64,000 nucleotides of DNA. It comes from an uncultured Candidatus Saccharibacteria bacterium (GTDB taxonomy: Bacteria > Patescibacteriota > Minisyncoccia > Phycocordibacterales > UBA9973). Of the stretch, positions 44,726 through 53,302 are shown piece by piece. A program made the position numbers and the translations under genes. Numbering within the stretch: the stretch's first letter is position 1; each line of letters starts with the position of its first letter. The DNA lies in assembly GCA_964348725.1 (NCBI GenBank), contig CAYGDG010000002.1:202-64201 (forward strand). Direction: 5' to 3'. The notes under the pieces were generated by a model. It had not been told where the DNA came from. It was given only the letters and a program-made list of their open reading frames with translations, and did no database searches.

Positions 44726-47254
44726 CTACACTTCTACAACGGTTGCAGTCTGTATCTGGATTGGTGTGTAAAGATCGATTTCTTCTTCTGTTATAAGACT
44801 AAGAATTAACGAGTACCGAACCTGCTCCTGATATCTAGGGCTTTCGCTAGAAGGAAATTTATTTCTGAATTTCCACCAGCCACCTTGCGGCGCAATTGCG
44901 ATCATATTTTGAGAGGCAAGCTCTGCTGCAGTTCCTTCCCAAATATCAGAAATCAAACTGCCGCGATCTCTTGAGTGCGGCCCTAAAATCCAGCTATCTG
45001 TTTCTTCAATTTGAACATCATCCACTCCGAGATCATCTTCTTCCGCCTCTGCCTGTATTTCTTGCCCTACACGCGCCAAGAACACATCTTCCTGTTCACC
45101 AGGTCTCTTTAGCTTAAATCTCAGCCCATGGGATGCGTAGCTGTACTTTGTTTTTGGAGGTCTCTCCGACGGGTTAGGCTCAATGAAAAATGATAGTGTC
45201 ACACGTAGGCGCACACGTTTATCATATATTTCATTCAACTTTTCTGCTGGCCAGGGCAGAACATAATGGTTGAGATCACCAAAAACAGCACCATTGCTAG
45301 TTTCTGATGTGCTGGTTTTGTAAGGTTTAATGTAATCCTGAATAACAATGCATGGACGATTAGAAAAGCTATTTAGCAGAAAGTCTGTTTGCGGAACACC
45401 ATATCCATAGCGCCTTAAATGCGCGATTTTCTGATTTTTGTTCTGCAACGGTTTCTTCATTGCTCCCACCCATTCGGCAGAATGAACCATTAAACCACGT
45501 ACTGTCTCTGGCCAAAAATCAGGGTACTCTGCAAATACCATAGCGGCCAGGCGGCTTGCATCTGCATTTGCAGGACTTGTATCCTGGACACAAGAAAATA
45601 GACGGTCTTTATCAATCGTAAGAACAGTTGTATCAGGATGGGCTTCCATATAGTTCTGCGATGGGTTGGAAAGATAATTTCCACCTTCTAAAACAATGTC
45701 AGGCTTTGTCGGCCAATAGCTTTCCCCCCATAATACGCTGGTTCTTGATTTCGCGGACAAATCTCCGGCTCCGGCAATAACTGACCAGCCGTTATAATTA
45801 GGATCTGTTGTGAATGTTTTATCAGTGCAGGCTCCAACTGTCAGTGCATTCCATGATTGGCCAGGATCTTCAACCTCACTGACATCGTTAATGCTGAGAT
45901 ACTCACCCGGTGAATAACCATCTCGGATATTCCCTGCAGAAATTATAAGGAGTCTTTTTTGATCATTATTAATCTGCCAGTCGTTAAAATCTTCGACGCC
46001 GAAGGCAATCTGATCAATTTTAGCAGACAATGGGGTTGGCTTCCCATGCATGACAGGCTGATTATCAGTGGAGGCTTCATGCTCCATAGACCATGAAAGA
46101 CAAAAAACTCGTTTAAAATTTGGATTGTTAATTTCAGCGCGGGACACAGCTTGAGATGTAATATATCCAATATGCTCTTCAGCATTATCCCCTTGCACAG
46201 GAAACACCTTCACTGACTCAATGCAGTGATTAAGTGATATAGGGTCTGTTCCCTCAAGAATTGCTGACAAATCGCCTAATAGAGCCACTCCAGCCATCTG
46301 TGTGCCATGGCCATGATGATCTTCTGTTCCCCAGTCTGGTTCACAAGTGTCCATTCCATTGGCGGCAATATAATTTGTCAAGAGTGGGTGTCTTGACATG
46401 ACACCCGTATCTAGAACACAAACCGATACATTTTTCGATGGATCGAAAAGAATTCTTGATGAGAGATCATCACTCCAATCCCTTTGATCACTGGGAGGAA
46501 GAGCGTCATAAAACCCTGACAATGTTGGCAAATAACGAAAACCAGAAATCGCCTTTGTAATCAGATTAATTCTATCAAGAGCAGCCAGACTACAGTGTAT
46601 GGAACAAATTTCTCTTTCTGGAAAATTCAGTTTATGTGCTGAAACAGTTACGCTATCGATACTTTCTGCAGCAGCCTTAAATTCATCATAGCTATCCTTG
46701 CGCAGCCACACTTCCCAAGTTCCAAGTTGCTGTAAGTCGGTAGTAAGATCTTTTTTATCAAGCCATAATTTTTCCAGGATTACTGGCTCAAATGTCTCTG
46801 TGCGGTCATATTTTTTGTAATTACTCGGCCCAGAGGTTTTATTCTTTGAGGGGTCGCCGTATGATTTTATCTGATTTCTGACAATATGATCTTTGTTTGC
46901 TGGAATATAAACAATTGCACTTTCCGGCTTATTATCAGCGCCCATTTTAACATTTAGCAGCTCAATTTTAGATCCTGAATTTTCTAAAGTTGTTACATCA
47001 ACATTTGTGCCTGGACGAAATTTAAGCTCAACAGTTACACCCTTATTAACATTCGCTGGGTCTATACCCATTATTTCATAGCGTTGCTCAAGCTGAGCTA
47101 TAACAGAATCGTAAGCCCGCTCAAGTGCTGCACCATGTATGGTCTGATTTTGAGAAGGTGGTTGCTCCTCACGCCCTCTACCACGCCTTGCTTGAAAGGC
47201 GCCAGTTCGTTTACTATTGGTGATGAGTATATGGGGGTATTTTTCTACAGGCAT
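44726..47254 (-). CDS. S8-family subtilisin-like serine peptidase (IetS-like)
   Basis: 842 aa. Catalytic Asp in VCVLDTGV, His in HGHGTQMAG, Ser in VQDTSPANADASRLAAMVFAEYPDFW. Lies immediately downstream of the AAA ATPase. Confidence 0.75.
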   Translation of the reverse strand: MPVEKYPHILITNSKRTGAFQARRGRGREEQPPSQNQTIHGAALERAYDSVIAQLEQRYEIMGIDPANVNKGVTVELKFRPGTNVDVTTLENSGSKIELLNVKMGADNKPESAIVYIPANKDHIVRNQIKSYGDPSKNKTSGPSNYKKYDRTETFEPVILEKLWLDKKDLTTDLQQLGTWEVWLRKDSYDEFKAAAESIDSVTVSAHKLNFPEREICSIHCSLAALDRINLITKAISGFRYLPTLSGFYDALPPSDQRDWSDDLSSRILFDPSKNVSVCVLDTGVMSRHPLLTNYIAANGMDTCEPDWGTEDHHGHGTQMAGVALLGDLSAILEGTDPISLNHCIESVKVFPVQGDNAEEHIGYITSQAVSRAEINNPNFKRVFCLSWSMEHEASTDNQPVMHGKPTPLSAKIDQIAFGVEDFNDWQINNDQKRLLIISAGNIRDGYSPGEYLSINDVSEVEDPGQSWNALTVGACTDKTFTTDPNYNGWSVIAGAGDLSAKSRTSVLWGESYWPTKPDIVLEGGNYLSNPSQNYMEAHPDTTVLTIDKDRLFSCVQDTSPANADASRLAAMVFAEYPDFWPETVRGLMVHSAEWVGAMKKPLQNKNQKIAHLRRYGYGVPQTDFLLNSFSNRPCIVIQDYIKPYKTSTSETSNGAVFGDLNHYVLPWPAEKLNEIYDKRVRLRVTLSFFIEPNPSERPPKTKYSYASHGLRFKLKRPGEQEDVFLARVGQEIQAEAEEDDLGVDDVQIEETDSWILGPHSRDRGSLISDIWEGTAAELASQNMIAIAPQGGWWKFRNKFPSSESPRYQEQVRYSLILSLITEEEIDLYTPIQIQTATVVEV

Positions 47255-47260
47255 TTTCCA

Positions 47261-48244
47261 CTACACATTGCTTTTTGCTCTCTTACGATCTTCTAGCATA
47301 TCAGCAATGTTTTGGAAACTCAGAGATTCCTTACCTTCAAGAACCATCCACTTTGCGGCGTCATCGCACGCACGTGTAATCTCGGCATGGCTAAGGCCAT
47401 CTGAAATCTTTTCGATCTGCTCCCACTCTTTTTCAGAAACAGATAGATTAAAATGAGATAGTTTATTCCTAACCAATATTTTTACTTGGCTTTGAGACGG
47501 GAGTTCATAATTTAGAACATCATCAAACCGCCTAAAAAGCGCAGGATCGAGTAGTTTCTTATAGTTAGTGGCAGCAACAATAAAGCTGTCAGACTCATCG
47601 TGCTCCAAAAACTGAAGGAAGGAGTTCAGCACCCTACGAATTTCTCCAACATCATTCGGAGACATCCTATCGCTACCAATAGCGTCAAATTCATCGAAGA
47701 AATAAAGGCCTCTTGTGGTTCGAATGGCATCAAAAACAAGACGCAATTTAGAGGCTGTTTCTCCCATAAATTTTGTGATTAAACCATCCAATCGTATGGT
47801 AAACAGCGGAAGCTTCAATTCATTAGCCAATGCTGACGCTGTGGCCGTCTTGCCAGTACCTGGAGGACCATACAAAAGTATCTTGCGGCGCGGCTCTAAA
47901 TTATGGCTTCTTAATTTATCCTGTTGTTTATACTCTTTGATTATTCGTTTAAACGTATCAGCTTGTTTTTCAGAGAAAGTAAGATCGGATAAATGCAGCT
48001 TTGGGAATGAGGCCTCTAATATCCCTTCAAGTTCTTTCTTGGGTTGAACCAATGAAAGGACGTTTGCGGCATTCTTTTTCTTAGATTTTGCCTGATCTAT
48101 TAATTGTTTCAGTTCTTCAGCTAATTTATTATGCCCTTGACGCGCTTCATGTGCAGCAACCTGCATAGCGATAGTGATGAATTTCTCATCATCGCCTGTT
48201 ACATGGCTCTTAAGAAGAGCTTTTATTTGATTCGCTGTTGCCAT
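47261..48244 (-). CDS. AAA+ ATPase (IetA-like)
   Basis: 327 aa. Walker A LLYGPPGTGKT and Walker B LYFFDEFD. Confidence 0.75.
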   Translation of the reverse strand: MATANQIKALLKSHVTGDDEKFITIAMQVAAHEARQGHNKLAEELKQLIDQAKSKKKNAANVLSLVQPKKELEGILEASFPKLHLSDLTFSEKQADTFKRIIKEYKQQDKLRSHNLEPRRKILLYGPPGTGKTATASALANELKLPLFTIRLDGLITKFMGETASKLRLVFDAIRTTRGLYFFDEFDAIGSDRMSPNDVGEIRRVLNSFLQFLEHDESDSFIVAATNYKKLLDPALFRRFDDVLNYELPSQSQVKILVRNKLSHFNLSVSEKEWEQIEKISDGLSHAEITRACDDAAKWMVLEGKESLSFQNIADMLEDRKRAKSNV

Positions 48245-48396
48245 TTATCAATAATATAGGGTTTTTGTTTTAAAAGTCTTAAGGGCGGGCTTATCCCCAT
48301 CACTTTTCAGGGGATCATAATTAGTTATAGCAGACTCGTCGAGTCCTGTGAATCGGGAAAATGAACGAAGGCCTTTTTAATAAAATATCGAAACCT

Positions 48397-48717
48397 CTAA
48401 TCTCTCTGCAAAGTCGCAATCACCTTCAGTTTTTTACCGCCGTATTCAAAGCTGCCCCACCATTGTTCCTGGCCGTTAACGTTGCGGCGTTCCAGCATCA
48501 GGGTGAAGCGGTCGATGCCGCGCTCTTTCGCTGTGGCGTAGTCTTCCAGCGCAAACCATGCTTTTCTGGCCAATGTGGTGGCGGTGCGTTTGACGGTGTA
48601 GTCAAAGGCGGCCAGCAAGGCTTCAATCTCGGCATCGGTGCATTTCTCGTTTTGGATGTCCTCAACCATTCCTTTGTAAAATAACTTGCTCATCTGTTTA
48701 TCTCCTTGTTTTTGCAT
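48397..48717 (-). CDS. hypothetical protein, last gene of the prophage late/lysis region
   Basis: 106 aa. Preceded by copy C of the 40-bp motif. Confidence 0.4.
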   Translation of the reverse strand: MQKQGDKQMSKLFYKGMVEDIQNEKCTDAEIEALLAAFDYTVKRTATTLARKAWFALEDYATAKERGIDRFTLMLERRNVNGQEQWWGSFEYGGKKLKVIATLQRD

Positions 48718-48731
48718 CGTTTTTACAAGTA

Positions 48732-48770
48732 CAGTAACGCTTCATTCCCAAGGCTTATCAAGTGAATAAG
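48732..48770 (-). promoter_or_regulatory. conserved 40-bp promoter/operator motif (copy C)
   Basis: Coding-strand CTTATTCACTTGATAAGCCTTGGGAATGAAGCGTTACTG. Confidence 0.45.
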
Positions 48771-48773
48771 ATG

Positions 48774-49046
48774 CTATTTCGATGGCGTTTCTGCCGAATT
48801 ATTCAGAGCATGATTGAGGCTCTGCAGCTTGGATTTACAATCGGCATGGGCGTACCAGAGTCGGGTATAATTGGCGGCAATATCACGCTGTGTCATATCA
48901 TCGCCAGGATAGTTCGGAGCATCCGCGCAGCTTTGCAAAGATACGGGAATTTCCGGCCTAATGACTTTAATCTGCGTTTGCGGTGCGCCCGTACAGCCGG
49001 TCAATAGTATCGCGCAGCACAGGGGCCACAGGGGCGTCTTGTTCAT
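48774..49046 (-). CDS. outer-membrane lipoprotein, o-spanin-like (Rz1-type)
   Basis: 90 aa. Lipobox AILLTGC. Starts inside the 3' end of the i-spanin-like gene. Confidence 0.5.
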   Translation of the reverse strand: MNKTPLWPLCCAILLTGCTGAPQTQIKVIRPEIPVSLQSCADAPNYPGDDMTQRDIAANYTRLWYAHADCKSKLQSLNHALNNSAETPSK

Positions 49047-49338
49047 CGCTTGCTCCTTCTATGCGGCCTAAAAGCCGTTCCATGTTTTGAGTTCTTGTAA
49101 TCTGGCGGTCGCGTTCTTGCTCCAGCGCCTCAATCTTGGCTTTGTTGTCAGCCTGCAGAATATCTAGGCTCTCCTCGTAAGAGGCCACGCTGGCGCGAGA
49201 TACCAGCAATTCCTGCTTTAATGTGGTGATCTGGTGGCTTTGCCAATTGATCCAGCCATAGAGCAACGCCAGTGCGAGAAAACTCCCCAGCCATTGCCAG
49301 TGCTTTAAGATAAAGGCCATCATTGATCCCTCTTGCAT
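48967..49338 (-). CDS. i-spanin-like protein (Rz-type)
   Basis: 123 aa with an N-terminal TM helix and a coiled-coil periplasmic domain. Confidence 0.5.
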   Translation of the reverse strand: MQEGSMMAFILKHWQWLGSFLALALLYGWINWQSHQITTLKQELLVSRASVASYEESLDILQADNKAKIEALEQERDRQITRTQNMERLLGRIEGASDEQDAPVAPVLRDTIDRLYGRTANAD

Positions 49339-49565
49339 TCTGAATTGCCGTTTTTATGCGCGGCGTAAAGATAGGCGCCGATGGGGCCGCCCGCCAGAAT
49401 GCCGACATAGGTGAGGATCGCTTGCAGCAAGCCGATATCGGCTCCGGCCAGTATTTGATAGGCCACCAGCAGATTGGGCAGCACCACGAAGGCATAAAAA
49501 GATACAAAAAAAGCCAGGGCGCGCCTGACTTTCATCGGGTCGTTCTTATCGGGTTTAAGCATCAA
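49320..49565 (-). CDS. holin/antiholin-like small membrane protein
   Basis: 81 aa with two predicted TM helices. Confidence 0.45.
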   Translation of the reverse strand: MMLKPDKNDPMKVRRALAFFVSFYAFVVLPNLLVAYQILAGADIGLLQAILTYVGILAGGPIGAYLYAAHKNGNSECKRDQ

Positions 49566-50041
49566 AATCCTCCTGCATAAATATCGATGGCCGGACGCGC
49601 TTTTTTGAGAAAGCCTTCGGTCGTTCCCGCGCCAAGGTGGGTGTTATAATATTTCTTCCAATAAGCGGCCATTCCTTGCCAGTCGCCTTCTTCAGGCAGC
49701 GGCTCTTTAAACCGGAGATAAAAAATCCGGCACATGGCCGCCGCATAAAAGAGATTGCCGCGCAACTGGTCGTGCAGATCCATGTCGCGCATGATAAGCG
49801 TTTTGAGATCGTTCAAAAGTGATGGCCTGCGGCTTAAATACCGTTCCCAAATATCATCATGCGTGACAGGCTCCATCTGGAAAAATCCGCGTGCCGGGCC
49901 ACGGCCTATTTGCTGAATAAAGAACACACCGCTTTCCGCCATGGCCGTGGCCATCACTAATTGCTCGGCATTCAGTGTCCAGGCGTTGATCTGCTGCAAG
50001 GCGGGACGAACGATGAAATCTCTGAATTGTCTGATATCCAT
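49562..50041 (-). CDS. endolysin candidate (lytic-transglycosylase / lysozyme-like)
   Basis: 159 aa. The MATAMAESG...GFFQMEP segment resembles an SLT-type catalytic Glu region. Position is between the membrane proteins of a lysis cassette. Confidence 0.45.
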   Translation of the reverse strand: MDIRQFRDFIVRPALQQINAWTLNAEQLVMATAMAESGVFFIQQIGRGPARGFFQMEPVTHDDIWERYLSRRPSLLNDLKTLIMRDMDLHDQLRGNLFYAAAMCRIFYLRFKEPLPEEGDWQGMAAYWKKYYNTHLGAGTTEGFLKKARPAIDIYAGGF

Positions 50042-50050
50042 GCCTGCCTC

Positions 50051-50317
50051 CTACTGATCCACTTTTTTGCGGAGGTGCTGAATGTCCTGCCGCATATCGT
50101 TGACCTGGGCTTTAATGGTGGCGAGATCGCCGCGCATCTCCCCGACCACGCGGCGACCTGTAACATCGTTGTTAACCTGATATTCAAGTGCCTTGATCTT
50201 CTGCTCACTGGTCGTAATATGCTCGGTCACCCAAGCTACGAGTTTGACCAGAGCCATAATAACGGCCACGCTGTGGGCAATAATGCCAAACAGCAGACCC
50301 CATTCTGCTGGTGTCAT
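50051..50317 (-). CDS. single-TM protein (holin-like)
   Basis: Likely start MTPAEWG. TM helix LLFGIIAHSVAVIMALVKLVAWV followed by a coiled coil. Confidence 0.4.
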   Translation of the reverse strand: MTPAEWGLLFGIIAHSVAVIMALVKLVAWVTEHITTSEQKIKALEYQVNNDVTGRRVVGEMRGDLATIKAQVNDMRQDIQHLRKKVDQ

Positions 50318-50342
50318 GGTTATTCCTTTCTGTTGATGATGG

Positions 50343-51971
50343 TTAGTATTTCGAGAGCACGATCCACTGGCCGCCATCTGAATAGATGGTCATTGCGGCA
50401 AAGTGGGATGTGAGTGACCAGATTTGTGCATCCGGGCCGCCGGAAGCGCCTGCCATCTGAATTTTGACGTGGTTGCCGGAAGGATCGATTTTCTTGATTG
50501 TGCAGACACGCCCAGCCGCAGCAGAAGGTGCCGGAATTTCAAAGATGATCTGCCCGCCAAAAGCAGATACCAGATAAACCCTGTTGAGCATATCAGCCTG
50601 AAATGTACCGGATGGAGCTGCATCATTGTCAATGTAGCGGCTGGGGCGCGGCATACGGTTGTCTTGGCACACCCACCATGTAGCACCGTTGGAAACCAGC
50701 GTGACGGTGTCATATTGCTGCAGCAAAGTGAGCGTCCGGTTATCCGGCCCGGCGCCATTATTCTCTTTGATATGGATCGGATTATCCCGCAGATCCGATT
50801 TTTTGAGCGTAACCCATCGTCCGGTTGCATCCCCGGCATTGGGCAGGATGAGGTCATAGGATTTATTAAATGAGCTGAGCAGATAAAATGTATGCTTCAG
50901 ATCAATTGAAATGTCGCCAACATGATCAACCGCCGGATCGATATAAGTTGTCCCGCGCGTCATGCCGTCCACATGGACATCCGTGATATAAACATCCTTC
51001 ATGAAGTTTTTCTTTGGGAAGCCCGCATCATAAGCCTGATACTCACCTTGCAATGTCGGATCCCAGATGGCCGCGCCCCCCGTTGCTGAAAACAGCCGCA
51101 TAATGGTGTTATCATAGGAACCGTTATCAATGCGGATCCCCGGCGCTAATCCCAAGCACTCGGCATAGAAATTGTTAATGATATTGCTGCGCGCCAGAAA
51201 GCCGAGCCGGAAGCAGGCTTCGGCATCCTCATGCACATTGGCCTCGCAATCGACAAAGGAGTTGTTGTATTGCCCAGTGGAAACAAAGAACCCGGATCCG
51301 GATAAAGGGCTGGAGAGCGAATAAACTCGCACATCATGGAATTTATTAGCGTTCGGGCTATCACCAAAGGTTTCTGGATCTTGCCAGTCTGTTGGCGTGG
51401 TTGTCAGCAGCACGCCATTGATTTTCGGGCGGGCGACCAGAACACGGCTGATATTATTCCAGTAACAGGGCTTGTTGGTATCATTCCAGCCATCCAGCGT
51501 TACGCCGATCTGGGCATCCCAGATCGTAACATTCTCAATGACATTTTTGACGCAGGGACTGACCTTGCCAGCCAGAAACAACGCCGATGCGCCGCCGACA
51601 ATTTTGATGTTCTCGACAATGCAGTAGCCTTCTACAATCTCGATGGCGTTAAACTCTGACGTATAGGGCGGGACTTCATTTTCATTGAGCGGTGTGTCCT
51701 GTGCCTGGATGACGCTTTCATCACCCATGCCGAGAATGGCATTGCCGTAATGCATGGTGATCGGCCCGGTGATCCGGTAAACGCCGCGCGGCAGGTAAAT
51801 GGCCTTTTCTGCCGCCAGCGCATCATTGATAGCCTGCGTATCATCATTGACGCCATCACCGACCGCGCCGTAATCTTGCGGACGCGCAATCTCGCGGGCA
51901 GCCAGATACTGCCGGAGCTTTTGCTTATTCACGCTCTGACCGGGGATCAGGATGCTGTCAATTTCTGCCAT
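50343..51971 (-). CDS. tailspike / depolymerase with a pectate-lyase-superfamily beta-helix
   Basis: 542 aa. N-terminal QDYGAVGDGVNDDTQAINDALAA...IYLPRGVYRI is typical of the Pectate_lyase_3 family. Confidence 0.65.
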   Translation of the reverse strand: MAEIDSILIPGQSVNKQKLRQYLAAREIARPQDYGAVGDGVNDDTQAINDALAAEKAIYLPRGVYRITGPITMHYGNAILGMGDESVIQAQDTPLNENEVPPYTSEFNAIEIVEGYCIVENIKIVGGASALFLAGKVSPCVKNVIENVTIWDAQIGVTLDGWNDTNKPCYWNNISRVLVARPKINGVLLTTTPTDWQDPETFGDSPNANKFHDVRVYSLSSPLSGSGFFVSTGQYNNSFVDCEANVHEDAEACFRLGFLARSNIINNFYAECLGLAPGIRIDNGSYDNTIMRLFSATGGAAIWDPTLQGEYQAYDAGFPKKNFMKDVYITDVHVDGMTRGTTYIDPAVDHVGDISIDLKHTFYLLSSFNKSYDLILPNAGDATGRWVTLKKSDLRDNPIHIKENNGAGPDNRTLTLLQQYDTVTLVSNGATWWVCQDNRMPRPSRYIDNDAAPSGTFQADMLNRVYLVSAFGGQIIFEIPAPSAAAGRVCTIKKIDPSGNHVKIQMAGASGGPDAQIWSLTSHFAAMTIYSDGGQWIVLSKY

Positions 51972-51974
51972 GGA

Positions 51975-53285
51975 TTAAAGCTCCGCTGAGGCCAGGATTA
52001 AACCGCCTGCACCACGTTGAATATGAAACCGTCCGGATGTAAGGCCCGAGAAATAAGCAATGTCCACGCGGCCATGGTGCGGCGTGTTTTCATGGATTGA
52101 GGTGATGCTTGCCGTTGATTGGGTAAAATCCGCTGTGTAACCATCCGTCATGGCTATGGGGGCGTTCACTTCGTAAGTAGGGGCTGCGCGCATGCCGGGA
52201 TGGGAAAAGACCGCCTGCATATTGCTGCCGGAATTGGCCACGCCCAGAATGCCCCCAATGGGGCGCAAATATCGATGCACCAACGCCTCTTCTAATGCAG
52301 GAGGCCGAGCAAGAAACGGACGTTTTGCCGCCCCGATGGAAAACTGCTCCTGTCCAAGGAAGGTATCCTTTGACGTGATCGCACCGCAATCGACTTTGAC
52401 CTCAATCTCAATACCGTTGCGGCAATCCCCCATGTCGGCAATCGCCAGATCAATATCAGCATTGGCATCATTGGCGATGCTGATCGTATCTGTTGCAATG
52501 TCGGTAGTGCTGGCAAAATCATCTGCCGTATCGGCTTTACGAACCGTGATGATGAAATCAACATTCGCGCCGTGATCGTGATAAACCCGCGCCGAATAAT
52601 GAGCGGGCTGGGTATAAAACTTCCATGCGTCTTTGGCCTCAATACGGCGGCGGAACAAAATAGCCCCAGATCCGGTCAGCGTTACATTCTCCACAAAAGT
52701 GGCATGGCCGGTCTCTGTCAGAGAAAACGCAGACGTCATGCGCTTAACTGTTCCCGCCGACACAGTGCCTTCGGCTTTAATACTCAGCAGATCCACAGGG
52801 GCTTTGCCCCAACTGATCGTCAGATCCTGATCGCCTCGATGCGAAATGCGTCCGCAGCCATTGATAATGGCATTGGCCAGCCCCGCCAGCGGAATATCAT
52901 TCAGATCGCCATAATCGCCGCTTGTGGCCACGGCAGCCAGATCACCCGGCTGCACAGCACTATCCGCCAGTGCTCCTTGCGCGGCAGTGGCAAAGTCAGC
53001 GGTTTCATTCAAAGCTGCTGATCCTACATCATCAGGCTGCAGCGCCGTATCTGCCAGCGCGCCTTGGGCAGCTGTAGCAAAATCATCCGTATCCGCCCCG
53101 GCGGCTGTCCCGGCATCGGCAATATCCGATAATGTGTGCGTGTGGACTTCATCGGCCAGACCGTCACGGATTTCATCAATGGTTGCGCGGCGCGTGGCAC
53201 CATCCTGCACAATCGGCATGATTTCATCGCCCGCAAGCGGCGTCACCGCCGAGGGTAACTCGGAGATTTTCTTGGTCGTGGTCAT
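51975..53285 (-). CDS. tail fibre protein
   Basis: 436 aa with repeated DFATAAQGALAD(T/S)A(L/V)QP(D/G)D motifs. Confidence 0.55.
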   Translation of the reverse strand: MTTTKKISELPSAVTPLAGDEIMPIVQDGATRRATIDEIRDGLADEVHTHTLSDIADAGTAAGADTDDFATAAQGALADTALQPDDVGSAALNETADFATAAQGALADSAVQPGDLAAVATSGDYGDLNDIPLAGLANAIINGCGRISHRGDQDLTISWGKAPVDLLSIKAEGTVSAGTVKRMTSAFSLTETGHATFVENVTLTGSGAILFRRRIEAKDAWKFYTQPAHYSARVYHDHGANVDFIITVRKADTADDFASTTDIATDTISIANDANADIDLAIADMGDCRNGIEIEVKVDCGAITSKDTFLGQEQFSIGAAKRPFLARPPALEEALVHRYLRPIGGILGVANSGSNMQAVFSHPGMRAAPTYEVNAPIAMTDGYTADFTQSTASITSIHENTPHHGRVDIAYFSGLTSGRFHIQRGAGGLILASAEL

Positions 53286-53302
53286 AGATGGCTCCTTAAG
53301 AT

